Under the pieces are notes generated by a model that was not told the DNA's origin, did not search any database, and saw only the letters and a list, made by a program, of their open reading frames with translations. From contig LSRY02000040.1 of NCBI GenBank assembly GCA_001643675.2, forward strand, positions 620,001 to 684,000: 64,000 bases of DNA, written 5' to 3'. Position 1 is the stretch's first letter, and every line of letters starts with the position of its first letter. This DNA comes from Monocercomonoides exilis PA203. Lineage: Eukaryota; Protista; Preaxostyla. Below are positions 13,978 to 26,605 of the stretch, one piece after another. The position numbers and the translations under genes were made by a program.

Positions 13978-15633
13978 TTATGATAAATCGTCTGTTTTCA
14001 TCCATTCTGGTGGATCTGTTTGAACAAAGAATTCCCAGAGTTTAGCCATTGTCCACCCACTCTTATTGCAAAGCATTTTGTCGTGTCTCATCCAGTCTGG
14101 TGGCTCTGTTTTAACTTGTTTTATCCAGTGCATGGCCATTGTTCTTCCATTCTTGTCAGAAAGTGTAATGCTGTGTCTCATCCATTCTGGTGGCTCCGAT
14201 TTCAACCAAAATATCCACAGCATAGCCATCGTTTGCCCGTTATTATCTGAAAGTATTGTATCGTGCCTGATTTTTACAGGTGGCTCTGTTTTTTTCTCCA
14301 CAATCCAACGCATTGCTTCTGTTCTTCCATTTTCATCAGCGTATGCAATTTTATGTCTCATGTATATCGGTAGTGAACTCTTGACGTTTTTTCCCCAATG
14401 ATCTGCCATTGTCCATCCGTTCTTATCTTTTAGTGTCATGATGTGCCTCATCCATCCTTTTGGTTCTGTTTTGACATTTTTTATCCACATAATTGCCATT
14501 GTTTCTCCGTTCTTATTGGCAAGTTTTATATCATGTCTCATCCACTCTGGTGGTTCTGTTTGAATAAACTGAATCCACAGCATGGCCATTGTCCGACCTT
14601 CGTTGTCCGCAAATGTTATGGAATGTCTCATCCATTCCGGCGGCTCTGTCTTCACAAATCGAATCCACTTCATTGCCATTGTTTCACCATTGTTGTTTTT
14701 GTACGTAATTTCATGCCTTATTGATAAAGGTGGTTCTGTTTGAACAAACTGAATCCACAGCATGGCCATTGTACGACCTTCATTGTCCGCAAATGTTATG
14801 GAATGTCTCATCCATTCTGGTGGTTCTGTCTTATCGTTAACAATCCACAGCATTGCCATTGAAAATCCTTCATTATTAACAAGTTCAGCATCATGTCTCA
14901 TCCACTGTGGTGGTTCAGATTTAACATGAGCTATCCACACCATAGCCATTGTCCATCCTTTTTTATCTTTAAGTGTAACGTTATGTCTCATCCATTCTGG
15001 TGGTTCTGTCTTCACTTCCTTTATCCAACGCATGGACATTGTTTCTCCGTTGTTATTGGCAAGTTCAACATCATGTCTCATCCATTCTGGCGGTTCTGTT
15101 TGGATTCCTTGAATCCACCACATGGCCATTGTCCATCCTTTTTTATCTTTAAGTGTAACGTTATGTCTCATCCATTCTGGTGGTTCTGTCTTCACAAATT
15201 GAATCCAGTACATAGCCATTGTCCATCCATCTTTATCAGCAAGTTCATTGTCATGTCTCATCCATTTTGGTGGTTCTGTTTTAACCCAATAAATCCATCT
15301 AATGGCAATTGTCTGTCCCTCCTTGCATGCAAGTGCAGCGTCATGTCTCATCCATTCAGGTGGTTCCAAATGGACAAACCCGATCCAAAGCATCGACATT
15401 GAATTTCCTCCATTATCGCAAATTGCTGCGTCATGTCTCATCCATTCTGGTGGCTCTTTCTTGACATTTTTTATCCAATGCATGGCCAACGTCCAGCCAT
15501 CATGATCACGAATTGTTGTGCTGTGCCGAATTTCAACTGGAGGATCTGCCTTTTTTTCAATGATCCATCGCATTGCCTCTGTTCTTCCTCTATCATCCCT
15601 TTTAAAAGTCAAAGTGCCACCACTGACATTCAT
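13978..15633 (-). CDS. Intronless tandem-repeat protein, 18 x 30-aa units (consensus xDxxGxTMAMxWIxxVKTEPPEWMRHxxxL), distantly ankyrin-like
   Basis: Open frame with first ATG at 15633 (551 aa). Exact 90-bp periodicity with no indels. DxxGxTxAM resembles the ankyrin DxxGxTxLM turn-helix. Confidence 0.9.
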   Translation of the reverse strand: MNVSGGTLTFKRDDRGRTEAMRWIIEKKADPPVEIRHSTTIRDHDGWTLAMHWIKNVKKEPPEWMRHDAAICDNGGNSMSMLWIGFVHLEPPEWMRHDAALACKEGQTIAIRWIYWVKTEPPKWMRHDNELADKDGWTMAMYWIQFVKTEPPEWMRHNVTLKDKKGWTMAMWWIQGIQTEPPEWMRHDVELANNNGETMSMRWIKEVKTEPPEWMRHNVTLKDKKGWTMAMVWIAHVKSEPPQWMRHDAELVNNEGFSMAMLWIVNDKTEPPEWMRHSITFADNEGRTMAMLWIQFVQTEPPLSIRHEITYKNNNGETMAMKWIRFVKTEPPEWMRHSITFADNEGRTMAMLWIQFIQTEPPEWMRHDIKLANKNGETMAIMWIKNVKTEPKGWMRHIMTLKDKNGWTMADHWGKNVKSSLPIYMRHKIAYADENGRTEAMRWIVEKKTEPPVKIRHDTILSDNNGQTMAMLWIFWLKSEPPEWMRHSITLSDKNGRTMAMHWIKQVKTEPPDWMRHDKMLCNKSGWTMAKLWEFFVQTDPPEWMKTDDLS

Positions 15634-16108
15634 TTTGTTTGAAATTAAGATCAAATGATATTTGTTTGTTGCTCACGAATGAGTTTATCAATTTATGTAA
15701 CAGATCATTTTAAAAGAATAATTAGTTACGGATCTTTTTCTTCATTATCGTAACAGATAAATTTTGAAACTTTGAAAAGTTTAAAACATGTGTTTCATGA
15801 AAAAACTATTTGTCTATCCATTATTATTTAAGTGTTTTTGTCACATGAATATTTTTTTTATAAAAGATCCATTAAAATGAATATTCTCGCAAAACCACAT
15901 ATTTCAACAACAAATAAAATTTTCATAATCTTTTTAAGTTTTTCAGACTTACTGAAACTAATTTATAAAAATTTTGCACAAAATAAACTTAAATGTGGGC
16001 GATCCTTTTCGAAATTATACTTTCGTTCGAGTTTTGATCGAATTTTTTATCTCAATGGAATTGTGAAAAAATGAACTATATTGGAAAATTCATTCATCGA
16101 AAGAAGAT

Positions 16109-16157
16109 ATATGGGTAATTTTTTTTGATATCATAAAAAAAATCAAAAATCGAAAAA
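16109..16157. repeat. Dispersed repeat of about 50 bp (copy 1; copy 2 at 45695-45744), possible transposon end
   Basis: atatgggtaattttttttgatatcataaaaaaaatcaaaaatcgaaaaa is near-identical to 45695-45744 in the same orientation. Confidence 0.7.
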
Positions 16158-16799
16158 GAAAAAAAAATAATGGGCTGTTGTGATCAATCAATTTTTTTGA
16201 AAAGGATAAATTGTTCTTCGAAAATATACAAAAATATCAACAAAATATCCTATTTGCATAATTTTTGAGTTAAATATATTTTTCCTGAACATTTTTGAAT
16301 AATTCATTTTTTTTAAAAAAAGAACAATAAAATATTTTTCTTTTCAAAAAGAATGGTTAACTAATTTTTTTATTATTAAATGTTTTCAAACGATGTTTAT
16401 TAATGAAAAAATATGATATTATTTATTTATTTGTTCTTTCTTTTTTCAGAGATATAGATTTTTTAAGTTAAAAAAGTTTATTCATTAAAAATCTATTTTT
16501 CTTTCATATTAGTTCTCTTTGAAGGAAATGTTTTTTTGAAAACAACAAATAACCTTATATTGTTTATAATCAAGTGAAAAATAAATAATGAACAATTATT
16601 CACAGAGTTGAATTAATTTTCGATTGTGAATTATCATTTTTTCAAAATAAGAGTCATTGAATAAATATTCAAACAATGATTTATTATTATTATTTGGAAA
16701 AAAAACAAAAAAGAAAAATAATGAATAGAGAAGTTAAATTTGTTTTTTTGCAATTAAGAAAATTCTCAATAATTAAAATCAAAAAAAAAAAATGAAAAG

Positions 16800-18810
16800 A
16801 ATTATGATATTTCATTTTTTTTTGAAAAAACAAATAGAAGGATGAAAATTTTCCAAAGCGAGATGATTCCAATAATCATTCCATTTTTCAGGAATAATTT
16901 CTGAAACAATATGATCATTACACTCAATAAACTTTAAAATGGAACTAGGTTTAGAAACATCTATTTTCACAACGGCCAAAAAATGCACTTGCTTATAAAG
17001 AACACTTGAATGAATAACACATCCAACTAATTCATAAACAATAACATCATTATCAGAACCAGAAGTTAATAATGAATCTTCAGAGTTAGCCTTTGGATCA
17101 AATATTTTTTAATCCTCAGGCCCTAACCCTGAATCAACAAAATGAATAGTGAGAGGAGGAGCAATTACAGTGAAAAAATACCAACGTTGAATAAAACACT
17201 TAACACTTTTGGAAAATACAAAAAACGAACATATTTCAAAAATTGTCTATCTTTGTGACATGATACACACTCTCCTTCTCTTTTCTCAACTAAAAATGAA
17301 TTACAAGTTAATAAATCTTGAAGACAAGAAACAACATCTGATCCTCTAACTGTAACAAAAAACTGATCATCCCTTCTTGAAATGGAGTAATCATTACAAT
17401 GAACACACATTAAAACATTTTGTGAAATGATAGAAAACATATCGTTAATTTCATTACAATTTTTGGAAAGAACTTTGAGAAGTCTTTCAAAAACAACAGA
17501 CAATTCTTTTGGTTGATTCTTCCCTCCAAGATAAGTGTCGTTGAATTTATTTATTTGACCTCCATCCCACACATTGAAATTAAACGAAGAGATTCGAAGA
17601 AGATGAAACAGCTGCATGAATGTTTTTTTCATACTGTTCATTTTTGAAATGTCTGTAAATTCAAGATTAATAGAAGCCATGCATTGACAAATGGCAGAAA
17701 GAGAGCACACACTGCCATTGTTTTTCAGTCCTCTTTGAGAAGAAAGCAGCATGAAAACGCACGATCTTGAATTAACTTTCGAAGATAATGAAGAAGAAAA
17801 AGATGATGAAAAATCTTGCATTTTTGATTGTTTTGTTATGAAAAAAGAAAAAATCGAATGCTTTATGTGTTTCTTTGATACCTTTATATTTATGTGAAAT
17901 AAAGAATTAGCTTTAAAAGAAATGCAAAAATCATTGATATGATGTGCAAATGAAAAAGTATCATTTTATTCACTTTCTTTGAATAAGTTTGTGGAAATTT
18001 GAAGAGAAGGTTGTTGCTGTTGTTGTTGCTGTTGAGTTTGGAAATTCTGCATTGATGTGATGGATGAAGGAGAAAAATTTGAGAAAGAAGAAGAAGAAGT
18101 GAGAGAAGAAGAAGGAATTGATAAATCAGATTGGTTGGATGATACAACCTGTTCTATTTGTGTAGTCTCAGAGTGATTTGTGGAAGGTGCCTGTATTTCT
18201 GTTGGAAATGAGCTTGTTGTTGAAGTCTGAGATTAATTAGGCAATGGGAATAAAGTATACGAGGCACTGACATTGGAAAGCGAAGGTTGCAATTGAAAAA
18301 CATCAGAAGGAGCAAATATAGAAGATGGAGCAAATGGAGAAGAAGACGAAGAAGAAGATGATGATGAAGCAGAAGAAATAGAAGATGAAGTGGTAGTAGC
18401 AGCAGCAGATGATGATGATGATGCAGGTACAGTAGCATGTGCAGATGACTGGGGTGGCTGTGCTGACTGTTCAGAAGCATCACTCGAAGTGGCATTATCA
18501 GCAGTGGTGCCAGAGGTAAGAGGCGAATCAGCAGAATACAAAGAGAGTGTGGAAGACTGGGCGATCTGCTCTACAGAAGGGAAATGGAATGCACTTTCGA
18601 TAGGCATCTGGGCAGGTACACGAGCAGAGATCGAGGCGGAAGAATAGAGGGAGGCAGGATCAGATGCAGAGGAAGAGGATAAGGAAGAAAAAGAAGAGGA
18701 AGAAGCTTTTTTTGTGGTGGATGGAGATGAAGATGTTGAGGAAGAAGGAGACAAAGAAGAAGAAGATGAAAAAGAGGGAAATATTAATGTTGAATTTTTC
18801 TTTTGCATTG
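16800..18810 (-). pseudogene. USP/C19 cysteine protease pseudogene with Ser-rich N-terminus, related to the USP domain in the Sola-like transposase
   Basis: Cys box GLKNNGSVCSLSAICQCM and zinc-finger pairs CVHC/CVSC. After a frameshift near 17175 and a TAA near 17110 comes a His box YELVGCVIH...HFLAVVK...CNDHIVSE...KWNDYW...HPSICFF (about 16820-17040). Confidence 0.75.
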
Positions 18811-19629
18811 TTTTTTCCACTTCACAAATAATTTTTATAACTGGAGCTAATGAATATGAATAAAAATCGCATTTTTTATTTGTTAGAAATGAATAGTTCA
18901 AAAATATCATTATCGATAATAAAAATAAAATTTGTTATAAAAGAAAATCAAAAAGAAAAATGCAAACAGTAACACGATTTTACAAAATCGCGGAAAAGAA
19001 GATTTCCAAATTCTTCATCAAGCACAAAAGCTTTAAATAACAAAACAGCGCGCTCGTAAGGCATTTTTTAAAAAATGTTAGCAATATATATTGCTTCCGA
19101 TTTTATCAGTCTTTTTCGCGTGCTTCGATGTTCTTTAGTCGTACTAAACATGAAAAAAAGATAAAATTTCCAGAAAATGAAATTATAATGGAAAGCAAAC
19201 AATATTTTGAAAAGCAAAAAAATTAAAAAAAAGTTCAATTAATCACTTGTCATAACTTGCAGAACTTATGAAGAAACAAACATGAAAATGCAAAAACAAA
19301 AATCAAAAGATCTTTACAAAAAATAATTATTATGATAAAAAAAGCTAATGTTTCTTTAATTGTTTCATTGAATCTGTTTCATCTTTTTGTTGTTGAATGG
19401 AAGAAAGAAGAGATTTTGAATGAAAATCAGAATTTGATTGATTTTCAGCAGTTGAAAAAGAAGTTAGACGATAATTTGAATGAGGAAGAGAGAAAGAATA
19501 AGAGGAAAGAATAAAAAGAGAAAGAGAAGAAAAGGAGAGAAAAATAAAAGAAAAAGAAGAGAAAAGAAAGAGAGAAGAGAGGAAGGAGAGAGGAAGAAGA
19601 TGAAGAAAAATAAGAACAAGAGGAAGATT

Positions 19630-21837
19630 TGCCATCTCTTTCATTCTCCTTCTATCCTATATCAATCGGAGACTGCTTCTCCTCTGATGAGTGTGGAAAC
19701 AAAATTGAGTCATGCACTCTTGACTGCACAGATGATGCAGACTTTTCAGATGGCTCAATAGCACTCGAAATTGATGGTACTGAAGGAGATGAGCTGTCAA
19801 TCGTTGAAGTCGTTGGGTCTGCCGTCTAAAACTGAGGAAACGAAAGAACAGGACTCAACAATGAAGATGAAAATCTTTTGTCATTCGGAGACGATGTAGT
19901 CTTTGTGCAGACTTTCTTCGAGCCAACAGAAGTTGGCTGAATATTCGACAACTCTAAAGGGAAGAAATTGATGTCGTCAATGTTTGAGCCACACTCCTGT
20001 GCTCTGGCATCACTCTCCAAACGAGAAGGCGGAAATGATTTTAAATCACTGTTGAACAGAGTTTCCAGCGAATGCACCTCTCCTGATGGATGCAAAACTT
20101 TGTTCGTTGGAGAGTTTTTGTTTGAGGCAAGAGAGTGAAGCGAGGAAGGAAGAGTCACAATCGCGCTTGACGGAGAACATGCCAGCAACTGCGGAGATGC
20201 TGACATGGAAGGGCTCAGCGATGATCCCCGTGCATTTCACAAATTCTGTGTGCTCCGCTTTTCGCTCAAAACATTCGAAGAAATAGAAGACGAAGACGAA
20301 AGAAGATTGCAAAGCGATGCTGAAGGAGAATAATTCGAGAGGGGGGAGTTTAGTTGCAACGATATGCCCGACTGCAAAAACGATTTCATTTGAAAAAGAA
20401 GAAACAATGTTTTTGGCAATGCGGCTTCTGCTGCTCTCAGATTGTCAATGGTAGAGTTCGACTGGCTCTTTTGCTTTGGCAAAGGTAGCAAGCTCAAAGT
20501 CGAGTTTGGTGAATGTGTTTGCGAAGTGGATGGTGTTGCTGGCGTTACTGGCGTTGCTGGGGAAGTTGGCGCTGATGAATGAAGAGATATTTGAGGAGTT
20601 GTTTTTGAGGCTGTTTGATGTGTTCCCTGAGGAGATGGCCTCTCTGATCCTGGGAAACTTCTGCTGCCTGAAGCATTCGGAGACTGTGTGCTATCATTTC
20701 ATTTTCTATTATCCATGAAACGCTATGATTCAAAAACATTTATTAATTCAGAGGATTGCCAAACTGCATATGAATAAATCATTGGATCATTTATCATGAT
20801 TTTCTTTTTCCCTCTTTTCTTTTTCCCTCTTTTCTTTTTCCCTCTTTTCTTTTTCTGCTTTTTCTTCTTTGTCAGCTTTGCTTTTCTGCATCCTTTTCCC
20901 GATGCACTTTTCACACTTTCTGTGCAACCTGAAGGAGAAGAAGACGCAGCTATCGCTAGAAAAAAATTTCCTTGGTTGAAAAATTGTTTCAATTTTTGGA
21001 GGAGATTGCTGACACGAAGGAAATGAAGGAAATGAAGATGAAGCAGTAGAAGCAGACAATGATGTTGGAGATGTGTGCGGTTGAGGTGACTTGGAATCAG
21101 ATGTGGACGAGATGGATGTTTGGACTGCCGAAGACTCAGCTGAAGAAGGATTTGACTCTTGAGCTGATGAGTTTGATAGAGTTGTGTTTTGTTAGGATTT
21201 CTCTGTGCTTCGCATCTGCTCAGTGCTGCCATCGCTTTGTGGATGGTGAGACAGAGTGCAACCATCTTTGTGTTCTTCCTCATCCATCCGCACATTGAAC
21301 GGCTCATCCACAAAATTCAAATGAGAAGTTGAATCCCCTTGCACTTCGCCCAACTCCTCACCATCAAACGCCCCTCCAGCTGGCATTCCATCTTGCTCCA
21401 TATCTGCTTTTTCATCCCTTTTCTCCCCATCACACTTCAAACAATCAGTGTTCTTTGAAGACGAAAAAGACGAAGATGTAGATGATGAAGATGACGACTG
21501 GTTCAAAAGAGATGCCAACTTCTGAGTGGTTTCATCGCACTTCCTCTTTGCTTTATGTTCTCCTCCAAATTTCTTCACCAAGTGTTCAGATTTGTCCTCT
21601 AACAAAGTTGTCTTTGTTTGCTCAGATGGCAATTGCTGCGAATCTGCCTCGTTTGCTTGTGAAGATCCTTCAGCACTTTCTCTCTTCCCATCGTAAAAAA
21701 TCGAATTCTTCTCTGTTGAAATAATATATGATGGAGTCAAGCTTTTTCTAAGAAAACAATTGTTTTTCGTCTTCAATGTTATCAAAGATGTGGAAAAAGA
21801 ATTAGAGGAAGAAGAAGAAGAAGAAGAAGAAGAAGAA

Positions 21838-21874
<37 letters not shown>

Positions 21875-24050
21875 GAGGAGGAGGAGGAGAAAGAGAAAGA
21901 GAAGAATTATTTGGTTTGGTTGAATTGGAAGAATGATTCATTTTGGAGTTGGTAAATGAAGGAGAAGGAGAAGGAGAAGAATTTGAGGGAGAAGAAGAAG
22001 AAGAAGAAGAAGAAGTTGACGATGATGACAATGATGACGCTGTTGTTGTTGGATGAGAAAAGAAGGATATCTGATCGAGTGAAATTGTATTCACAATCAT
22101 CGCCTTTATGCTAACTTCAGCTGTTTGTGACAAAGCAAAAAGAGAAACAGAAAACTCAAAGTTACTAAAGGAAACATCATCCACAATCACTTTTCCACTC
22201 GACGAAGCAACCAAAGAGAAAGAAACAGCTGTGCCGAAATCAGTCTGCTTGGCAAAACTGCAATGAGAAAGAGTTAATTCACTGGCAGTAGTGGTGGATG
22301 AGATCAGCACATTCACAGAATTAACAAAAAAAGCAGGAAGTGTATATGCAATCTGCTCAAACTTAAGTGATCCAACTGTCTCTATTACAATTCCCGTGGA
22401 AGAAGAAATCGAATCATTCAGAATTAAACCTGCCTTCACAATCACAGCTTCTCCTCCTTCACTTCCTCCTCCTGTCTTTTCCACCCCGCTCTTCACCACA
22501 CGCTGATCCATCTCCGCTTCTGCCTCCAGCGGCGAATCGCCCGTCAGCACAACCGTCCTTTCTCCTTTCCTCCCAAACAGAGAAAGCGCATAATCAACAG
22601 ACAGGCACTGCACCGTGTCTCCCCAGAAAATCCCGTTTGTCCCGCTTTCCCCGTTGATTGCGAGTGAATGCTGATTCAGCCTAATGATGATGATAAACAA
22701 GTCAGTATTTACTGTGAATCCTGCTCGATCGATTCCAATTAGAGAATTTGCTCTTTGGTCTTCGTCGATGTCCAAAGCGAAGGCGAATGAGGTGCTGCTA
22801 ACTTTTGTTGTCAAGTCAGCACACGACAAAAACAGGTCTTTCCCCACAAATGCATTGTTTGACGAGAAAGTTAACCCACTCAGTGCAAAATCATCGTTGT
22901 TTGTTGGACAAAGCAGTTATAAAAATCCTCCTTTTCCTTCATATTCGGTTTCACATGTGCATCCAGATGTTGTCGTGGTGCCATTCACAACAAGCGCTCC
23001 TGTTTCAGAAGGAGAAATAAATAACGCACCCCCGTTTGTGCTTGAAGTGGAAGAAGAGGAGGTTATATCGCAGGAATCAATTCAAAGAGTTGTTGAGAGC
23101 TGAGAAGAAGAAGAAGAAGAAGAAGAAGAAGAAGAATTTGAAGATGAATCCATATGCTCCATTGAAGGAGGGGTTAATGGAGTTGGGGGAAGAGGAGGAG
23201 GAGGAGGGGGAGAAAGGGAAGAAGAAGAAGATGTTGAAGAAGAAGATGTTGTAAATGAAGAAGAAGAAGTTGTTGTTGTTGTTGGTGTTGTTGGCGTTTG
23301 ATTGGCAAAATTTGGAGAAGAAGGAGCAGAAGGTGAATAAGGAGGAGGCTGAGAAGTAACTTGAGTGGAGGAAGAAGAGGAAGAAGAAGAAAGAGAAGAA
23401 AAAGAAAAAGAAAAAGAAGAATAAAAAGATGAATAAAAAGAACGAGGAGAAGAAGAAGAAGAAGAAGAAGAAGAAGAAGAAGAAGAGGAAGAGGAAGAGG
23501 AAGAAGAGGAAGAAGAGGAAGAGGAATAACAGATTTTGGATGTGAAATCGCAGCAGATTGTTCATGCTCATCCAAGGTGTGTGTGAAAGCTGGTTGTGAT
23601 AGTGCGAATGGTGGCTAGCGAAAGAATCATATGATGATAAAAGTGATTGGAGAGAAGAAGGAGATGTTTGTTGAGTGGGAGAGGATTGGAGGGAAGGCAA
23701 TTGTGGAGTGGATGATACAGCCGGACGGGGAGATGAGCGTCACGTTTATTGGGGAGAAGCTGTTTGGGAGGAGAAAGAAGAGAAGAGAAGGAGGAGAAGA
23801 AGAGAGATGAAGATCGTTAATTGAAGAGAGAGGAGTGAAAAGTGAAAAGTCTGGTGTTGAATTGGCGTTTGACATTTGATGGGGAATTGTTTCTTTGAAA
23901 TTCGGACAGAGAGAGAGAGAGAGAGAGAAAGAGAAAGAGAGAGAAAGAAAGAGAAAGAAAGAGAGAGAGAAAGAGAAAGAAAGAAAAAGAGAGAAAGAAA
24001 GAGAAAGAAAGAAAAAGAGAGAGACAATGGCCGAGTTTGCTGCAATTGAA
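19630..24050 (-). pseudogene. Fragmented PMP-like/GGA-motif family gene(s) with Ser-rich low-complexity segments
   Basis: NGGALFI...GKGGF...FSSNNAFVGKDLF (about 22830-23040) leads into the 551-aa ORF 21192-22847. Same family style as 10.9-13.5 kb. Multiple stops; boundaries approximate. Confidence 0.5.
23907..24024. repeat. (AG)n/(AAAG)n purine microsatellite
   Basis: Directly visible. Confidence 0.9.
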
Positions 24051-26605
24051 GATGCTGTGATTCAGTAAAGTTTTCCGTTGATATAGAAATGAAAATAAAG
24101 TGTGTGATCTGCCAAGTCTATAGCAATGAATGGACGATCTGGTTGTTAACTCTGGTATATTCAACGATTGCCGAGAAGAGAATTAAATATCGGATCTGTC
24201 CAAGGAATCGTTCAGATTATCAAATAGTTGCATCATCTGCGTTCTGTAAGATGTTAAGTCTTCTTCGGGTAGATTTAGAGGTTTTCTTTTCTATTTTTCT
24301 TCTTCTGCGCAACGATAAAACTGCTGGTTCGCTTTCGCTGGTCCTCTCTTCAAAAAATATCAAAATACAACTTCTGAAAGGTCTCCAGCTTTTTGAACAT
24401 CTGCGAACCAGTCAACTTTGTGGAGAAAGTCATCAGTAGTTAAGAGAGCGAATTCCCTATAGTTATCCGTTCATATGGTGATTCTTCACTTGCGATCATT
24501 CTCGTTTCTCTCGCTGAAATCAAAAGCAATGTAATTCCTCTTTCAATTTCAACAAAATCACAAAAGATTTCAATGAAATTTCATTTGCCGAAGAAAGCGA
24601 AAACTAAATAGTTGTGGAGATAATCTTCTTCCAGTTCACATTTCTTCTCTTCAACATGCAATTCTGAACATAAATCAGTTCTGCGGAAAGCTCTGTATTA
24701 TTTTGCGTTCACTTCCGATAAACATGTTTCGTTCACGAAAAATCAAATCTTCTGCTCTGGAAATCTCAAAAAGCATTATTGATCCATCTGATAATCACTG
24801 TTTTTGTCATATTTCACTGACATGTTCCTGGAGGCACGATGATCAATCTGTTCCATTTTGCTCTTTCCTTCCAAAAGAAAATAGTCAGAAGAAGAAACAA
24901 CTAGGTCGCAATGATGGAATTTCTCAAAATATCAGAATTTGAATCATCAAATGAAAATATGAGGCTGGAAGGGCAAAGATTCTTTTGGGGGATCAAACTC
25001 ATATCTGTGAAACAGATTGACCCACTTTGCAAAAGAAACTGTGATTCCGATTTTCGGTGAGAAATGTAGGAATCCAGCAAAACACTTGACTTATCCGATA
25101 TAAGCATCAAAGGTGAAGAAGAATGTTCAATTGCCACATTTTTCAGTCCAACAGAAGAATTGAAGAATCCAATAAATGTATTCTTCACTGTAGATATTCC
25201 TGACTGCAATCTTTTCACTTCTGAAAAGGAATCTTGCTGGAATAAATAATTGTTATCGACTTTTGATTGAAATTGCGCATCAATTGAGTTTCCTTGACAA
25301 AATAAATACGATTAATGAAAAAATTTAAATTCGAAAGAATACCTTTGGTTTTCAATGTTGAAATTTCAGAGATATTCTGCACATCAAAAATATTCCCTAG
25401 AGTTTTATGTGTCTAATAAAATAACTTATGCAATATGCGAAAAAAGCAATTTTTAAGTGATCTGAAAAAAATATTTTATATTTATTTTAACTTCTCATTT
25501 TTTTTTGAAGTGATGAAGTTTTTCATGTGAAAACAAACATTAATTTGAAAGAAACTATTTTTATGATGAATAATGGCAACGGAGTGTTTTATAATTAACT
25601 TCCATGTTACATATATTTGAAAAGTTGTAATTTTTCATAAAAAAATACCCAATTGGATAATTACACAGACATATATACATATATTTAAGCTTTTTTTTTT
25701 GAAAAAATGAAAAATAGAATTTCTTTTCTTCACAAATTTTAACCATCAAGAATTTTCATTAAATGGATTCATGCCCTCCATCTTCATCAACAAGATTCAT
25801 TTTGAGCAATGTGTTCAATTGTTCAGTTTTTGCCTCTTGAATCCTCTGCTCTCCTTTGCTTATTCTCTTTCTGATTATATTTTCAATGAAAAAGAGAAGG
25901 CGAAGGAGAAGAATACAAAAGAAATAAAAAAGAAAGAAATGTTTGCAGAAGAAACCTGTTATCAACTTCTTTTGTGCAAAATAAAACAGAAATAAATCTG
26001 ATGACGAAGAAGAAAAAGAAGAAAAAGAATGAAAATCTTATTCAAAAACTGCTTGGCTGAAACAAGTCAATCTCAATTGAATTCTTTTTTTCTCATTCTC
26101 TTTCTCTTTTGCTCAGAAATCTTCAATTGAAATTCATCCAAATTTTGTTTCATTGCCCTTCACTTCCATTCCATCCATCATCTGAAAGTGACTCAATCCC
26201 AATTCATCTGAGTTGCGTGTTGTCTTCTTTGTCGAAACGAATGAAGAAGAAGAAGAAGAAGAAGAAGAAAAGGAAGATCACAATTGTTGAAATGAAGACA
26301 GATGCTGTGTGAATGTTTGAATGAGGGAGGGAGAGTGTGTGAGTGATGTCGAAGTGGAAGATGAGAATGAGATGATTGAATGAAATGAATGAAGAACACG
26401 CAATTTTTGTTGAATATTCTTCGCGTTCAACTGAAAATGTTGCTTCAGAACGAAATCTTTTCTCTTTTCTCTTTTCTCTTCTTTTCTTTTCTTATTTGTT
26501 TTTTCACATGCTCGTTTTCTTTCATCTTTCTTCTTCAAGTTTTCTTCTTTTCTGAGATGAGATGAAATGAATGGAGACGCGTGGAATATTCCATCTACAG
26601 ATACA

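Noticed and set aside
13990-15600. 90-bp periodic array as a CRISPR array or non-coding satellite
   Set aside because: The units are in-frame coding repeats that vary throughout. There is no constant repeat with unique spacers and no cas gene.
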